Notes under the pieces: generated by a model | Told to the model about the DNA's origin: nothing | The model's input: only the letters and a program-made list of their open reading frames with translations | The model's database searches: none | DNA from: Oikopleura dioica | Lineage: Eukaryota > Animalia > Chordata | Reading direction: 5' to 3' | Assembly: GCA_907165135.1 (NCBI GenBank) | Contig: OU015568.1 | Location: 3,844,001-3,908,000 of the forward strand | Length of the DNA: 64,000 bases | In this document: positions 49,989-62,596 of the stretch, piece after piece | How positions within the stretch are numbered: position 1 is the first letter of the stretch | How the letters are laid out: every line of letters starts with the position of its first letter | Program-made: the position numbers and the translations under genes

Positions 49989-51338
49989 ATGGCTTCAAGA
50001 CCTCAAGGATTCGGATTGACTCGAGAATTGGCGCTCAAAACTGCCGGGAAATATTCTGATTCGGATGAGGTAAGATTTTGCGGAGTAAATTTCCATTGAT
50101 TATATTAATTTTGGTCTCGACTTGTCAAATTAATCTTCTTTCAGTCTGAAATCATCGCCTGGTTCTCCGACCTAGGAATCAGCTCGGGCCCAGATGCCCG
50201 AGGCATGGACGGCTTCCAAGAGTGGCTCAAAGACGGGACAATCTTGTGCGCGTTGATTAACACACTCGCCCCGGGCACTGTCAAAAAGATTCACAACACC
50301 AAAACTGTCAAGCTACAAGTAAGTGCCATTCTGATTCCCTTGCTGATTGGATTGCACTGTTCATTGATTTTTCTCGTCTCTCGTTTTTGTTGCCAATACA
50401 GAGACGTTGTACTGTAACAATGTTATTTTAGGCTCTCCGAATGAACAAAGAATATGAAAACATCTCCTTCTTCCTCGATGGATGCACCAAATATGGACTC
50501 GAAAAATCTGACTTATTCCAGGTAAAATGAGTTTTCATGATCAATGTCAAAATGAGTAAAAAGTTCGAGTTTTTTTGCACATCAAAGGCGGCAAAACTCG
50601 CGCGTCCTGTCATAAAAAGAGTATTTTTATTGTCCGTGACATTTTCTTCTTTTCTTCTCAGACGATTAAGTTACATGTGAATTTATAAGATACCCACCCT
50701 TAAATTATTTTTATTTATAGCTCTACAAGCGTTTTATGTCGCTTTCTTTCTCAAAAAAAAAATGGCTGAAAAGATTGATCTCAGAAAGCCTCTTCAAAAT
50801 TTGACTGTAGCTCGATTCAAAAATCTCCATTTCAGACTGTTGATTTATACGAAGGCTGCAATCTCCCACAAGTCCAAATGACCGTCTTTAAACTCGGCGG
50901 AATGGCCCAAAAGAAGAACTTTGCCGGTCCAGCTATTGGAGTAAAAGTCGCGAACAAAAATGCTAGAAACTTTACCGACGAGCAGCTTCGCCAAGGCCAA
51001 AGCATCATCGGACTCCAGGTAAATTTGAAAACTGTCATTTTCGGTGTTTTTACCGGCAAAGACTGATTATGAGTGATTATGTAATTTGGTGAGCAATTTT
51101 CGCGAGATGAGCGACAAGCTGGTAATTTTTGACGGAAATGAGGATGTTTTTGAAAAGCATGAAACATCACTTTTAGATGGGGACAAACGAAGGCGCCTCT
51201 CAAGCCGGCATGAATCCTTACGGCCAAACCCGCCAAATTTACAACGCAAGGGAAGCTAAAGATCTGGAAAAGAAAGGATATGCTTATGGATCTCGATTCG
51301 CTGGTTCTCTTTCTACTGTCAACTCTGAAAACAACTAA
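49989..51338 (+). CDS. Transgelin/calponin-family protein (CH domain plus one calponin repeat)
   Basis: MASRPQGFGLTRE, WLKDGTILCALINTLAPG, ENISFFLDGCTKYG, DLFQTVDLYEG, IIGLQMGTNEGASQAGM. Confidence 0.92.
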
Positions 51339-51439
51339 CCATTAAATAGAAACAAATGAAGAAAAACCATCAAATAAATTTTATTCGTGGGTTTGTGAAA
51401 AGATGCAGAAGCAAAGTTAAAAGTCAAAAAAGCAAACGC

Positions 51440-51630
51440 TACCGAGGAATTGACAGATCTTTTCAACTCGAAGCACATGAATTCAATAGGCGTGATTGGA
51501 TGAGTCCTCGTTGATTTCGAAGTAAGGTGTTGGCGCAAAGAAGGCGGTACCTTTTCGGACGAGAGACGTTTTTTCTTGCAGCGTCAAGATTTTACTTCAT
51601 TTTCTTCTTCCTAGAAAATTAGCGGCTCAG
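51440..51630 (-). pseudogene. Decayed fragment paralogous to the Cys-rich exon at 6200-6380
   Basis: 30-bp identity (51489-51518 versus 6237-6266) within a longer diverged alignment; KSTRTHPITP is shared; no intact gene context. Confidence 0.7.
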
Positions 51631-51954
51631 CTTTGACGAGTTCTTTTTTAGAGACGATTTTAACACTGTGGAGAAAATTCTGTTCTGGTTGCTGGAAAGG
51701 TCGAAAGAAAAATATCACTTGCATAAAAGATCTTGAAGCAAAATGGAAGCAATTAGGAAGATCAACCTCAACACGGCCCGCCTATTCTTCAGATCATCAA
51801 ATCTTCAACCGCGGCGCAGGTACCTGAAGATCCAAGCCCCCGCCGTCTTGCCGACACTTCCTGCACCTTTACCAGCTGCCCTCCCTGAATATAACTTTCG
51901 CGGATTTCCGAGAAATCATCAAACCAAACAATTAAGAAACAAACAAATCAGAAA

Positions 51955-52257
51955 ATGAAATTTCTCAGGAAAATCTTCTCTTCCAAGAAATCCTCGAAGA
52001 AAACAACCGAGACGGAGAAAAACTTGAAAATCCTCTGCCTCAAGCAGCAAGAAGAGCTCCTCAAAATGCGAGAGGAAATGGAAGCTCTTCAAGAAAAATA
52101 CAATCGAGTCAATAAGCGAATTTTCAAAGCCAATGCTCCAGTAAGAAGACGAACTTTTCCAGAAGAGAATAGTTCTAAAAGTGAGATTAATCATCTTCCG
52201 AAAGCAATCAGAGCTAGAAATTCTGCACCACCTCATTTTTCTTCCGATTTTTTGTAA
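51955..52257 (+). CDS. Small basic coiled-coil protein, uncharacterised
   Basis: 100-aa ATG ORF with a heptad-like LKQQEELLKMREEMEALQEKY, followed by an AATAAA signal. Confidence 0.4.
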   Translation: MKFLRKIFSSKKSSKKTTETEKNLKILCLKQQEELLKMREEMEALQEKYNRVNKRIFKANAPVRRRTFPEENSSKSEINHLPKAIRARNSAPPHFSSDFL

Positions 52258-52487
52258 AATTAGTCTTTTTTGTACATTTTGTTTAATAAAAAAAATTCTT
52301 CGATGAACTTTTTTCTTTCAGTGTCGCAGATTCAAAGTTCTTCCTCTAGCGCCTGGCTTCCAGCGCGGAGGACTTTTCATTTTCCCAGAGGACCTCGATG
52401 AACCAAAAAAATTAGAGGAATCGCATTTTTATTTATTTTGACTTGATCTGAACTGATATTCAGTTTTGCAGAGATTATAATTTCAGA

Positions 52488-54921
52488 ATGCCTCGAAAAA
52501 GAAAGCAAGAAGCAGAGTCGGAGGTGAAAGAAGAACCGGAAATCGACGAAAATGATCCGCCACAGAGTTTGAGAAGGTCTAAAAGAAGCCGAACTCAGGC
52601 AAGTGGACGGAATTCAAAAACAAGTAGATATATTGCCAGAAGATTTCATTTTATTCTTTTTTCTTGTTTTGCCAAATTTTCTGCGACCATTTTATTCTGA
52701 AAAATTATAGAGGGCGCAAGGAAATCACTTATCAAGATCTTTTGGCGCTTCTAATTGTCCTTATCACAAATTATTATCGACTGCACTTCGATGTTTGATA
52801 ACATCGTTCTTCTAGGTCAAAAAGTACGAAGAAAAAGAAGAATACAACCCTGCCGAAGACGATGAAGATTTCGAAGAAGAGTCTTCTCCCGTTCGAAAGC
52901 CCAAAAAGGCCCCGACAAAATCTTCCGCTCGCTCATACTCTGGCGCGTTTAGAAACTCCAAGCAGCTGAATCGCCATCCCAAATCAATCGCCAAGAAAGA
53001 CGGCAACATCAGCAAGATCTCCTTCAACGACGCCGTACCCGTCGACGCTGAATGCCCCTTCCAAGACACTTACAAAGTGTACGCCGATTCCAGAGGCGAT
53101 CATTACCACGCGATGCTGAATCAAACGAACATAGCGCAGAACAACAATAAGTATTATCTTCTACAAGTCCTTGAGCATCGAAAAGGAGAAGGTTACGCTG
53201 TCTGGTTTCGTTGGGGAAGAGTTGGGAGGATCGCAGGGACAATGCCGTGTACTTATGCGAAAGGAGAAGAAGGACTAGGTACGAAAAAAGTTTCAAAGAC
53301 ATGAAACAAGTATCGAGAAATTGAAGAGGAGAAGTAGTCGGCTTTGCTCCGCGCGTCTTCGATTTTCGATTTTTTTCTAGCGCAGATTCGCTTCGCTCAT
53401 CTTTAATTCCGCTTTATTTGAATTTCAGAGGCGGCGATAAACGATTTCTGCAAGAAGTTCCACGACAAAACGAAAAACGAGTGGTGCGATCGCGCAAATT
53501 TCACCAAATACAGCGGCAAATATGACTTTGTCGAGCAGGACTTTGGCGCTACCGTGAAAGAAGAAGTCAAAGAAGAACCAGAAAATGAAGAGGAGGGAGA
53601 AGTGAAGATTGAACCGTGCATGCTCAATGAAGAGGTTCAAGAGCTGATCAAGATGATTTGCGACGTGCGAATGATGGAGAGTTTCGCGAAGGAGATGAAA
53701 TTCGACATTGAGCGTGCTCCGCTCGGCAAATTGACCGAAAAGCAGATCGAAAACGGCGTCAAAATCCTCAAGAAAATCGAAGATGCAATCTTTCACAGCT
53801 CCAACTCTGCTCTGTCAAAGTTGACGAGCCAGTTTTACACGCGAATTCCTCACGATTTCGGAATGACAAGACCGCCTGTTATCAGCTCGCTAGACTTGGT
53901 AAAGGAAGAATACGAATTGCTCGAATCGTTGAGGCAAATAACCATCGCTATTAATGTCAAAGAAAGCGGAGGAAAGCACATTGATCCAACAACAAAAGCA
54001 TTCAACAACCTCTGTTCTTCGATAGAACTCCGTACCGGCGCCGAATTCGACTTTGTTCAGAAGCTACTTACAGACACTCACGGTCCCACTCACAATGCAT
54101 ACACTCTTCAACTCGAATCCCTCTTCCTCGTCCAGAGAGATGGAGAAAAGGACCGCTACAACAGGAAAATAGGAAACGATACACTTCTATGGCACGGCTC
54201 CAGGACGACGAACTTTGCCGGAATCATCAAAAACGGGCTGAGAATTGCTCCTCCAGAAGCGCCTGTTACTGGTTATATGTTTGGAAAGGAACGGGATTCA
54301 TCATTTATTTTTTATTTGTTCTTTGAAGTTAGCAATTAGGTACAGGCTCGATTTAAAAACGCACATTTGTGCGTCTGAACTTTTTTATAATAACGAGTTC
54401 AAAAAATGAACCCGAGAAAAGGGCGTCTATTTCGCTGATTGCGCATCGAAATCTGCAAACTACTGCCACGCGAACGAAAGTGATCCACATGGATTGTTGA
54501 TTCTTTGCCGCGTTGCATTGGGCAAGGAGAAGATTCTATACGCAGCAGATGGCGACTTGCCTGGGAATCTCGGTAGAATCGAACTCGAATTCGATGTTTT
54601 TCAAGGCATATTTTTTTAGGAAACCATGATTCGATCAAGGCAATTGGCCAGAATATACCGTCAAAGGAAGAGACGTTTGCGGAATCTCTTGTTCCTTCCG
54701 GAGCTTTAGTTAAATACGAAAAGGTAAGTCAAGTCAAGTAAAGTGGGTTTACTCGTTATTGAACGAACAATATTGACAAGCTAACCTTTTCTCTTCTGTA
54801 GCCAGAGCTGTGTTCGCTTTTGTACAATGAGTACGTCGTCTACGATACGAAGCAGATCGAGATTCTTTACGTTGCGAAAGTCAAGTTCGATTATGGAAGC
54901 GACTCTGAATGCCCCTGGTGA
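52488..54921 (+). CDS. Poly(ADP-ribose) polymerase, PARP2-like (WGR, regulatory and catalytic domains)
   Basis: [78 protein letters not shown]; H-Y-E triad intact; no zinc fingers. Confidence 0.92.
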
Positions 54922-55038
54922 TTTGACTCGCCAGATTATACATGATTTTAGTTCATATTTTTGCGAACTGCCTCATTTAGCCGCTCACGGAAACAAATAT
55001 ACAGTTACTTTTATCAAAAGTTGAAAACTTTCTTCAGA

Positions 55039-56194
55039 ATGCCCATCGGTCAGAAGAAACCAAAGCGCCAGTTCAAGCCGAAGAAAAAAGAGGCTCAAGT
55101 CGAAGCTAAGACTGAGCCAGAGCCGGAATTCATCGAACCTGCTACCGCTAGTAGAAAGCAAAAGAAAGGCCCTCCAGAGAAGAAACAACGAGTTTTTAAA
55201 CAAAGGTAAGAAATAACCGAGTTTTCTGTGTTCTTATTTGATTTTGTTTTAGAGAAATTATACAGACAAAGTCTGTTTTTACCTCTGATGGAGTAGAAAG
55301 AAGAGGTTATGGTGGAAAAACAGGAAGTGGGTTTGGAGGAGGAGGTGGCGGCAGCGGTGGAGGAGGTGGTGGCGTAAGAAGATTCATTGGAGAAGACTTT
55401 CAAGCGCGAGCACCAATTGTTAATAAAGAATATAAAGTTTGGACGAAAGAGGAGATCAAGGAGGAACAAGAACAGGCCGAAAAGGCGCTGAAAAAGCTGA
55501 TGCTGGAAGATAAAATGATACAATATGATCGGAAGCTGTTCTCCGAGAAGGATTTTATGTAAGCCCTCTATTCATCAGGTTTAGAATTAAAGGTTTTAGG
55601 CCAGTTCAAGTTGGATATCCATTGAAAGATATAAGTAAAATACGCAGAGAAGAGTCGAATGAATCGGAAGCCGTCGATGATGACTTTTTACGGGCGCTCA
55701 AAAATGGGGATTCAGGCGATCAAATCTTTCTTTTTCAAATGAGGTACCTTTTTAACTCATCGAATAGGGTTCTGAAACATTTAAGTGATCTTCCGATTGT
55801 TCCTAAATCAGCAGGAGACGCTGATGATTACGACCCAAATGAAGAGCTGCATCTTGGCGATCTGAGTGTACAGGAGATCTTTGATGATTTTGGCAAGGTC
55901 AGTCTGAATGTGGGAGATATGAAAATGAAGGTTGTCCCTGGATCCGATCCGCGTTGCTTTACGGAATTGTCGAGAATGACGGCGAGCAGCTATCAAGTCG
56001 TTGGAGAGGTCTCAAAGAAATATACAATCACACCTGATTTTGAGCATCTACTTGGCAGGATGAGCAAGAGCGAGTCAGCGTTTGACGAAGAGGAAAACGA
56101 TCACGATCAAATAATGGCAGATACAGACAGAGCATCACAAGAATCAGAAGGACCGCCGCCGCTGATCAGAATTAAAAGCGAACCTCAGTTTTAA
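55039..56194 (+). CDS. POLR3D: RNA polymerase III subunit RPC4
   Basis: IFLFQM and C-terminal GKVSLNVGDMKMKVVPG...VVGEVSKKYTITPDFEHLL match the RPC4 domain. Confidence 0.75.
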
Positions 56195-56328
56195 CAAAAG
56201 TACTGGTGTTTTACTGAAACTGCCTGTTTCCTTATCCTGTCACTTTCTCACTCTCTCTTCTGACGAGCGTATCTTATGTATTTGTATATAAAAAAGCTGC
56301 GTAAAATCACGTTCTTTTTCAGAATCCG

Positions 56329-57086
56329 ATGATTACTCGGGTTCTAACTCGGAGAAGTCAGAACTTACATTCAGTTATTCTTACTGGAAGAAGGTGCTCA
56401 AGCAACTTGAGTGCCGGGAGTTAACTGTATCTTTTTTTTTTAGTATGTCGTCGTTGTACTACTTCAAGGCGACGCTTAACTCTGGAGAGGAAGTCAGGTT
56501 AGGGATTAAGAAAGTCACATTTTCATCTCTCTTTTCAGCCTCTCCAAATACACTGGTCATCCCCTTGTGGTGGTCAACGTAGCGTCTAAATGAGGCGTGA
56601 CCGACTCTGAATACAAAGCACTTCAATCCCTTCATGAGTCTGTACGTACCCATCCTTCGCTTTCATCAAATAACTATCGAATATTAGTACGCCAACCAAG
56701 AAAAAGGTCTCCGCATCCTTGCCTTCCCTTGCAATCAATTTGGAAAGCAAGAACCCGCCAGCGATGCGGCCATTGCCGAGTTTGTCAAGAAATACAACTT
56801 CCAGGGCGAGCTCTTCCAGAAGATAGAAGTCAATGGAAAGAACGCTCATCCCTTGTGGTCGTGGATGAAGACTACTCCCGTAAGTTTAGCTGATCTTGAG
56901 TATGATTGGATCTGAAATCGGCGTTTTCAGAAAGGCAAGGGCACGCTGGGTAACGACATCAAGTGGAACTTCACAAAGTTCGTTGTCGACCGCCAGGGTC
57001 AAGTCGTTGAGCGAGCTGCAACGACGACTTCATCTGCCAAACTCGCGCCACAAATTGAAAAACTTCTTCAATCTCCTTTTGAGTAA
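56329..57086 (+). CDS. GPX4: Phospholipid-hydroperoxide glutathione peroxidase, selenoprotein (TGA at 56591-56593)
   Basis: [67 protein letters not shown]; the in-frame TGA falls at the catalytic position. Confidence 0.9.
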
Positions 57087-57092
57087 TTTCAA

Positions 57093-57140
57093 ATGACTGC
57101 TTGGTTGAGCTTCTTAATTATTTATCATTGACCTACTGAT
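57093..57140 (+). promoter_or_regulatory. Weak candidate SECIS element
   Basis: ATGAC...AA...TGAT just after the stop codon, with a GGTTGA/TTGACC stem; pairing next to the quartet is poor. Confidence 0.25.
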
Positions 57141-57637
57141 TTCTTCTACGAATTTCTTCCTTCTCTTTCATAGGGCAGATTTTCCCTTTTTCAGTCGCGT
57201 TATCAAGACTATTTGAAGTGCTTTACGTCTTGAAATCTCGGTAGAAAAGTGAAAAATCTGGATCGCGGTTTTGTTCAGCGCGCGATTCATGATCCAGAGC
57301 TGGTTTTTCTTGAAGTTTTCGACCTAATGATGGATTCGATTAAACCTGTTTCAGGCGTCGAAATCCGGAGAGGGAGCAAACCCGTCGATTTTCAAGGAGA
57401 ATGAACTCTGGATCATCCCTCTTTGGACATTTGATAGTTCACATGTTACATGTACCAATAAATACGAAATCAAAACGAAAGAAGATCCAGCTTCCATCTT
57501 TTTGAAGAGGAGCCTGAATGGGGGATTTATCTTTACCAAACAGATTGTGTCGTCGCATTAAATTATATATTATATATTGCTTAATTTATAGAGATAGATA
57601 GTGACTGATACAGGTAGAAAAATGGAGCATCGCGTAT

Positions 57638-60600
57638 TTACTCCGAGTTATGAGGGCGATAAGCTCTTCTTAAACTTGAATTTCTTGAGAAGCTCGTGTA
57701 TTCGTCTTCTTTATTCGGCGATTTTGACATGTTACCGGGGTTCTTGAGTACGATGTGGACGTCGTTGTTGCCGTACCTTTTTACTTCCAGGTTCTGAAAG
57801 GGATTTGCGTCAAAAAGTCCCAAATTATACGAACCCTTATGAATTCATCCGCTCGATACCGATCAGCATCAGCAATTGAATTCGTCTTCGAGACTTCACG
57901 AGAAGTAGGCGGCGGGTATTTCTTCCCAGAACGGATGAAGTTCCAGATCTCGCAGGCAGCAACCGCGCAAGCAAGGATCAAACCCACCGCTTAGATAAGG
58001 TTAAATCAACAGACATGGCTGTTTTTAATTACCCAAGACGCAGAAAGCACCGGCAAAGTTCTCCAGCGTAAATTCTCCTTTTCGCTTTTTCGGGCCATCG
58101 GGTTCTAGCGAGCAGGAACCAGTCTTGTGCCACCTAAAACAACCATTACCGAAATGACTTGAGACACGAGTGAAATTCCAAAACCGGGAAGTGATCTCAT
58201 CTGTCCCAATCAAAAAATTAATAAATTAGTCACTTCTTCTAGGATGCAGTTAGCTATTCAGATGCGCTCCCGGTTGACGAGTTTTTCAATGTTTCTGTTA
58301 CCAGAGCTCATGCTCATGTCTCTCGTTGCTTCCATTAGACCTCCACCTTTTTGTAAGTCTTTTAAAAAGGGCACCACGTATACTTACCATTGATTCTTAA
58401 GCTTGACGAGATCTCCTTTGTCTTGTAGCTCTAGAATTTCCATGCTCATGAAGTCCCTGATCGGATGGCCACGGCGGACGGCGATTCCGTAGCCTTTTTC
58501 GAAGATAGAGCTTTGTACAGTCGTTAGGCTACAATCAGGATCGTTGAGGATTTTGTACTCGATGATCGGAACATCCCACAAAAACGCGAATTTACGCCCA
58601 GAGTCCGAAACGCGGCGAAATCCATCATTAGCATCAGCAATTTGACTGTCATTCACTCCCTTCCACAATTTCGTCCAAAAGCTGTTCAGCTCAACGTCCA
58701 AACTCGCTTTGAACTTCAAGTAATCATAAATGCTCGTGTCGCCAACAGTGCCAAAGCCCATCTCTGTCTGATCGGCGAGATCTTGGAAGGAGGCAATCGG
58801 CTTCTCCATCTGAGTGACAGTTAGGAATGCCGCCAAATTCGCAGTGTAGGAGCTGACGATTATCAAAATGAAAAACCACCAGACGCCGATGACGATTTGC
58901 GATGACATTGTTACTAAGTACATGTCGGTTGATTGCTTTTGAAAGAGTTTTAGACAGGCTCTTCTCATTCGAACTTTTGATGATTAACACTGATTGGTAA
59001 CTCAAGTACTGTAACTCTTTCCTGAACAAGGGAAGAATACACAAACCAAAAAATCCCATGCAGAGAAGAATCATGATAATGAGGCCCTCTGATCCTCTTC
59101 GGTGAAATTCTATTGAGAACATAGAGGAGCAAGGACACAACGATCAGACCGGCAATGATCGAGTACCAAACAGTCTTGTGAAAGGGATTGAGAAAGCTGA
59201 ACAGATTAGAAACAGCTGGTTTCTTTTTCATGACGATTCCGACCGCGTAGTCCATGTATCGTTTCGTAAAGTCGACTACTTTTTCTCTCTGCGGAGTAAC
59301 TGTCATCGCAGAAACGGCAAAATCCGCCCTTCCAGAAACGATATCGCCAATCATACCGGACCACACCATGGTGCCATTTTCGCTCATTTGCTGAGATCCA
59401 TAAGCAGTTCCTTCAAATATCTCGTACTGGAAGTTGATTTTCTTCGCAAGAATCTTGAGCAAATCGATTGAGAAACCACTCCACTCGATGCTTCCATCCG
59501 ACCGAACGGTTTTAATCACAAATGGCTCATCAACGACAGTGACGACTTTGTAGGTGATATTTTGCCCGGTAAAGCCCGACAAGCGCATTTTTCCGAAATC
59601 GGGAGCGTTTTTTCCCGTGCAGGAATTGTATATCTCGTCGGATATCGAGACGCAGGCGATATCCTTAATTAATTTATAAGGTAGTTCGAGTGGGGTGAAT
59701 ACCTGTGTTGACATTTTTCGCGAACAGAGTTGAAGTTGATTCGCGACTATATTCGTCCATTTCTCGCAGTTCGACGCATTCTTTGTTGGAAACCTGGAAA
59801 TCAGTTCCTAGTGAAAACGAAAATGAAGCTCAGCAAAATCTGCAAAACTTACTTTTACAGCGTCGCGAATAAGAGTTCCCTGGGCCCAAATTGTTTGATT
59901 TCTTGGCGTGCAGGTTACGGAAATAGGAAGCACCTCATTTTCATCGATCAAACCTGATAATATCTTTAATTCAAAGACTTTGAACTTCTTTATGCTCGCG
60001 TCCTCCAATGAATCAATCAAATTGAAGCAGATTCACCAAAGAAATAATGATAAAAATTACCTTTTTCATCTCGGAGAAGCCTGGAAGAGGATAATTATAC
60101 CCGTCTGTAAGTTTCTTTGTCAGCAAAAATTATTTATATGGCCTGATCACTAGTTTATTTTTTCGATCCTCTGCCTGAGTGCATTTCCAATCAAGCTAGA
60201 AATTCGTGAAAATATTTCGGTAACGTTTCCCATTTGACGTTTTCGAAAGTCTAGTCCGGCGTCGTTTGAACTCAGCATTTCTGGTGGCGAAATAACCGAA
60301 ACCATATGACCATTCAGTAGGTTTTTGTAGTCCCGTTTCTCCTCATTTCCACTCAAAAAATTTTCATCAGCTGTTTTCTTATGCCTTCTACCTTATTTTC
60401 TCCAGGCAAAGAAGAACTCTCAGCCTTGACCGATGAATCTGATCAATTTTCTTTCCCACTGAATGAATAAATCCTTCCATCGAAGCGCCACCACCAAATA
60501 CAACTGCGATCAGTTCAGAATTGAACTGTTCCTTGTTCATACTCAGTTCGAGAAAGACAGAGTTGATGTGCTGGAAAGCGACTTTGTTTTTTGCAACAGT

Positions 60601-61424
60601 GCCAAATTGGATAAATGTTGCGGATTGGGCTTAATTGAGTTCGCAGCAAAGTGTAATGTGACTCATGTCGAAGGTCATTGTCTTTTTATGAAGATTTAAT
60701 AAACGAATTGTCTGAAAATATCTGAAAATTGAGAACTCTTGACTTGGTCGCCGAGATATCGATGGAAGAGATCGAAGTCTTGAAGGGAGTAATTCGAGTC
60801 GTAAATAACGATGATTTTCGGAAAGCGTTGGTACATCACCAATGCAGCTATTTGCTCCATCGGTTGCTAAAAATTCTAAATGAAATGAAAATCACAAAAT
60901 CTTACGATGTATTGTCCTCCGATGATTTCTTGTCCGATATCAACCGTCATTTTTGGCTTCATTCTTCCTACCCCGATTTGATTCGTTGTCGAAATTTTTG
61001 TCTCCCCTCTATTATCGAGTGGGACAGCAAAGATTGGAATTCCGAGACTTTCCGAAATAACCTGCGCGTATCTGATCGTCTCTTGTTTTGCAATAAAAAC
61101 GAACGCCAGGGTACCATTCGTCGCCACTTCGCACATTTTTGACTGTAATTGATTGATGCCGGAAACGGCTTGCAAGTCAATTGGGACAATCTAACTGTAT
61201 AAAGAAGGGAGTAACGAGATATGTTGCCCTACCTCATCGACCATTGATCTTGCCAAGAGCTCGGTAGGTCTGAATTTGTACTTTTCTCCAAGACTTGCGT
61301 CGGAGAATCCGGAAGAAAAATCCAGCTCGGAAAAAATCGCAAATCGGCGAGTAGAAAGAGTTGAGTTCGGTCCCAAGCACTGGCCGATCAGCGGTATCGT
61401 CAAGCACCAACTTGATGCGATCAT
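57638..61424 (-). CDS. Ionotropic glutamate receptor, delta (GluD/GRID)-like; ends approximate
   Basis: [15 protein letters not shown]...[10 protein letters not shown]; S1 [15 protein letters not shown]; M3 [12 protein letters not shown]; S2 [12 protein letters not shown]; M4 [19 protein letters not shown] and WD are GluD features. Confidence 0.88.
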
Positions 61425-62596
61425 TTTGAGGGCTTTTTTGGGGTACTACTCCCGTAGTCGTCTTTTGCAAACTTTGGACAGGCTTTTCTCTCTCGTACCC
61501 TATTCCTTTTCTTCTCGAAAAACGCGTTTGGCTGCTTGTTGCTCTTCCCGATCTTGAATATTTATTGTCCATTTTATCTTTTATATGCATCTCTCTTTTG
61601 TATTTCCATGTGTTTGTCATTTCGCCGCGGCTCGTTTGGTAAATGCCGAATGGAACACAGAACTCGCTTCACAATTAATTAGGCGCCGTTGCACTCCTAA
61701 TTAGCGCCAGTTAATATTTAAACAATCAATCAGCGACAATCGAAAATGCAGATATCGGAAATGATCGAGACATCAGGTCAGAGGTCTTTCGAGTCTACTA
61801 CTGAGAAATTTAATTATTTATTCAAAGAAGTTCGGAATCTTCAAAAACTTACCTGCAGTAAAAAAACAAAACTCACTTTCTGATCTCTTATTTAGGAAAA
61901 GCTGAGCTTTTATACGAGCGTTTATTTACTGTTTGAATGACTGTTCTCAGCAGATAATCGAGATGAAACGGTATCAGTGTATATTTCTGGAGAGCACTTT
62001 TCAATAAATCGGTAAATACTAAATGCAGAAAACGATTTTATGAGGAGAAGATTCGGCTGAATGCTATATCATATAGATATTTGACTGCGATCTTTACGAA
62101 GAAAATAACGAATAATTACAGTATATCGTGGCTTTTTAGTTCAAGATACGGATGATTGATTTCCGCCTTTCCGATTTTTTGAAATCTTATTCGTAGCAAA
62201 AAAGCTAATTGCCCTACCAGACTCTTTATAACCTAATAATTGACCGAAGATAAAAAAAAACTTAAAGAAAACTTGATTTTTCCTGGGACCAATTATCCTT
62301 ATAATTAGCTTCTTCGCTTTTCCGGTTTTTTCTTTTTCTTCATCGTGAGTGGTGTCGCTCATCTTCCCACTAATTTACTGGACACCAGAATGCCCACACG
62401 CACTTCAAAGACTCTGAGCCTTCATGGCTACCAGTACTTTTCTTCTTATTCGCGACTAGATGTCAGTGCAGAACATTTTCTGGCGAATAAAAGGAGCGTT
62501 CGGAGATACCCTCTCAATCAAAATCAACTATTTCAATAGTTTGGCTTCTAGCTAATTGTTTGAAATAGAAAGAATCTCCTTAAATCAAGGAGGAAG

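Noticed and set aside
57255-57298. Hairpin TCTGGATC...GATCCAGA as an alternative SECIS
   Set aside because: It lacks the UGAN/NGAN quartet geometry.
60729-61142. 137-aa + strand ORF
   Set aside because: It is antisense to GluD amino-terminal-domain exons, which carry the recognisable motifs.
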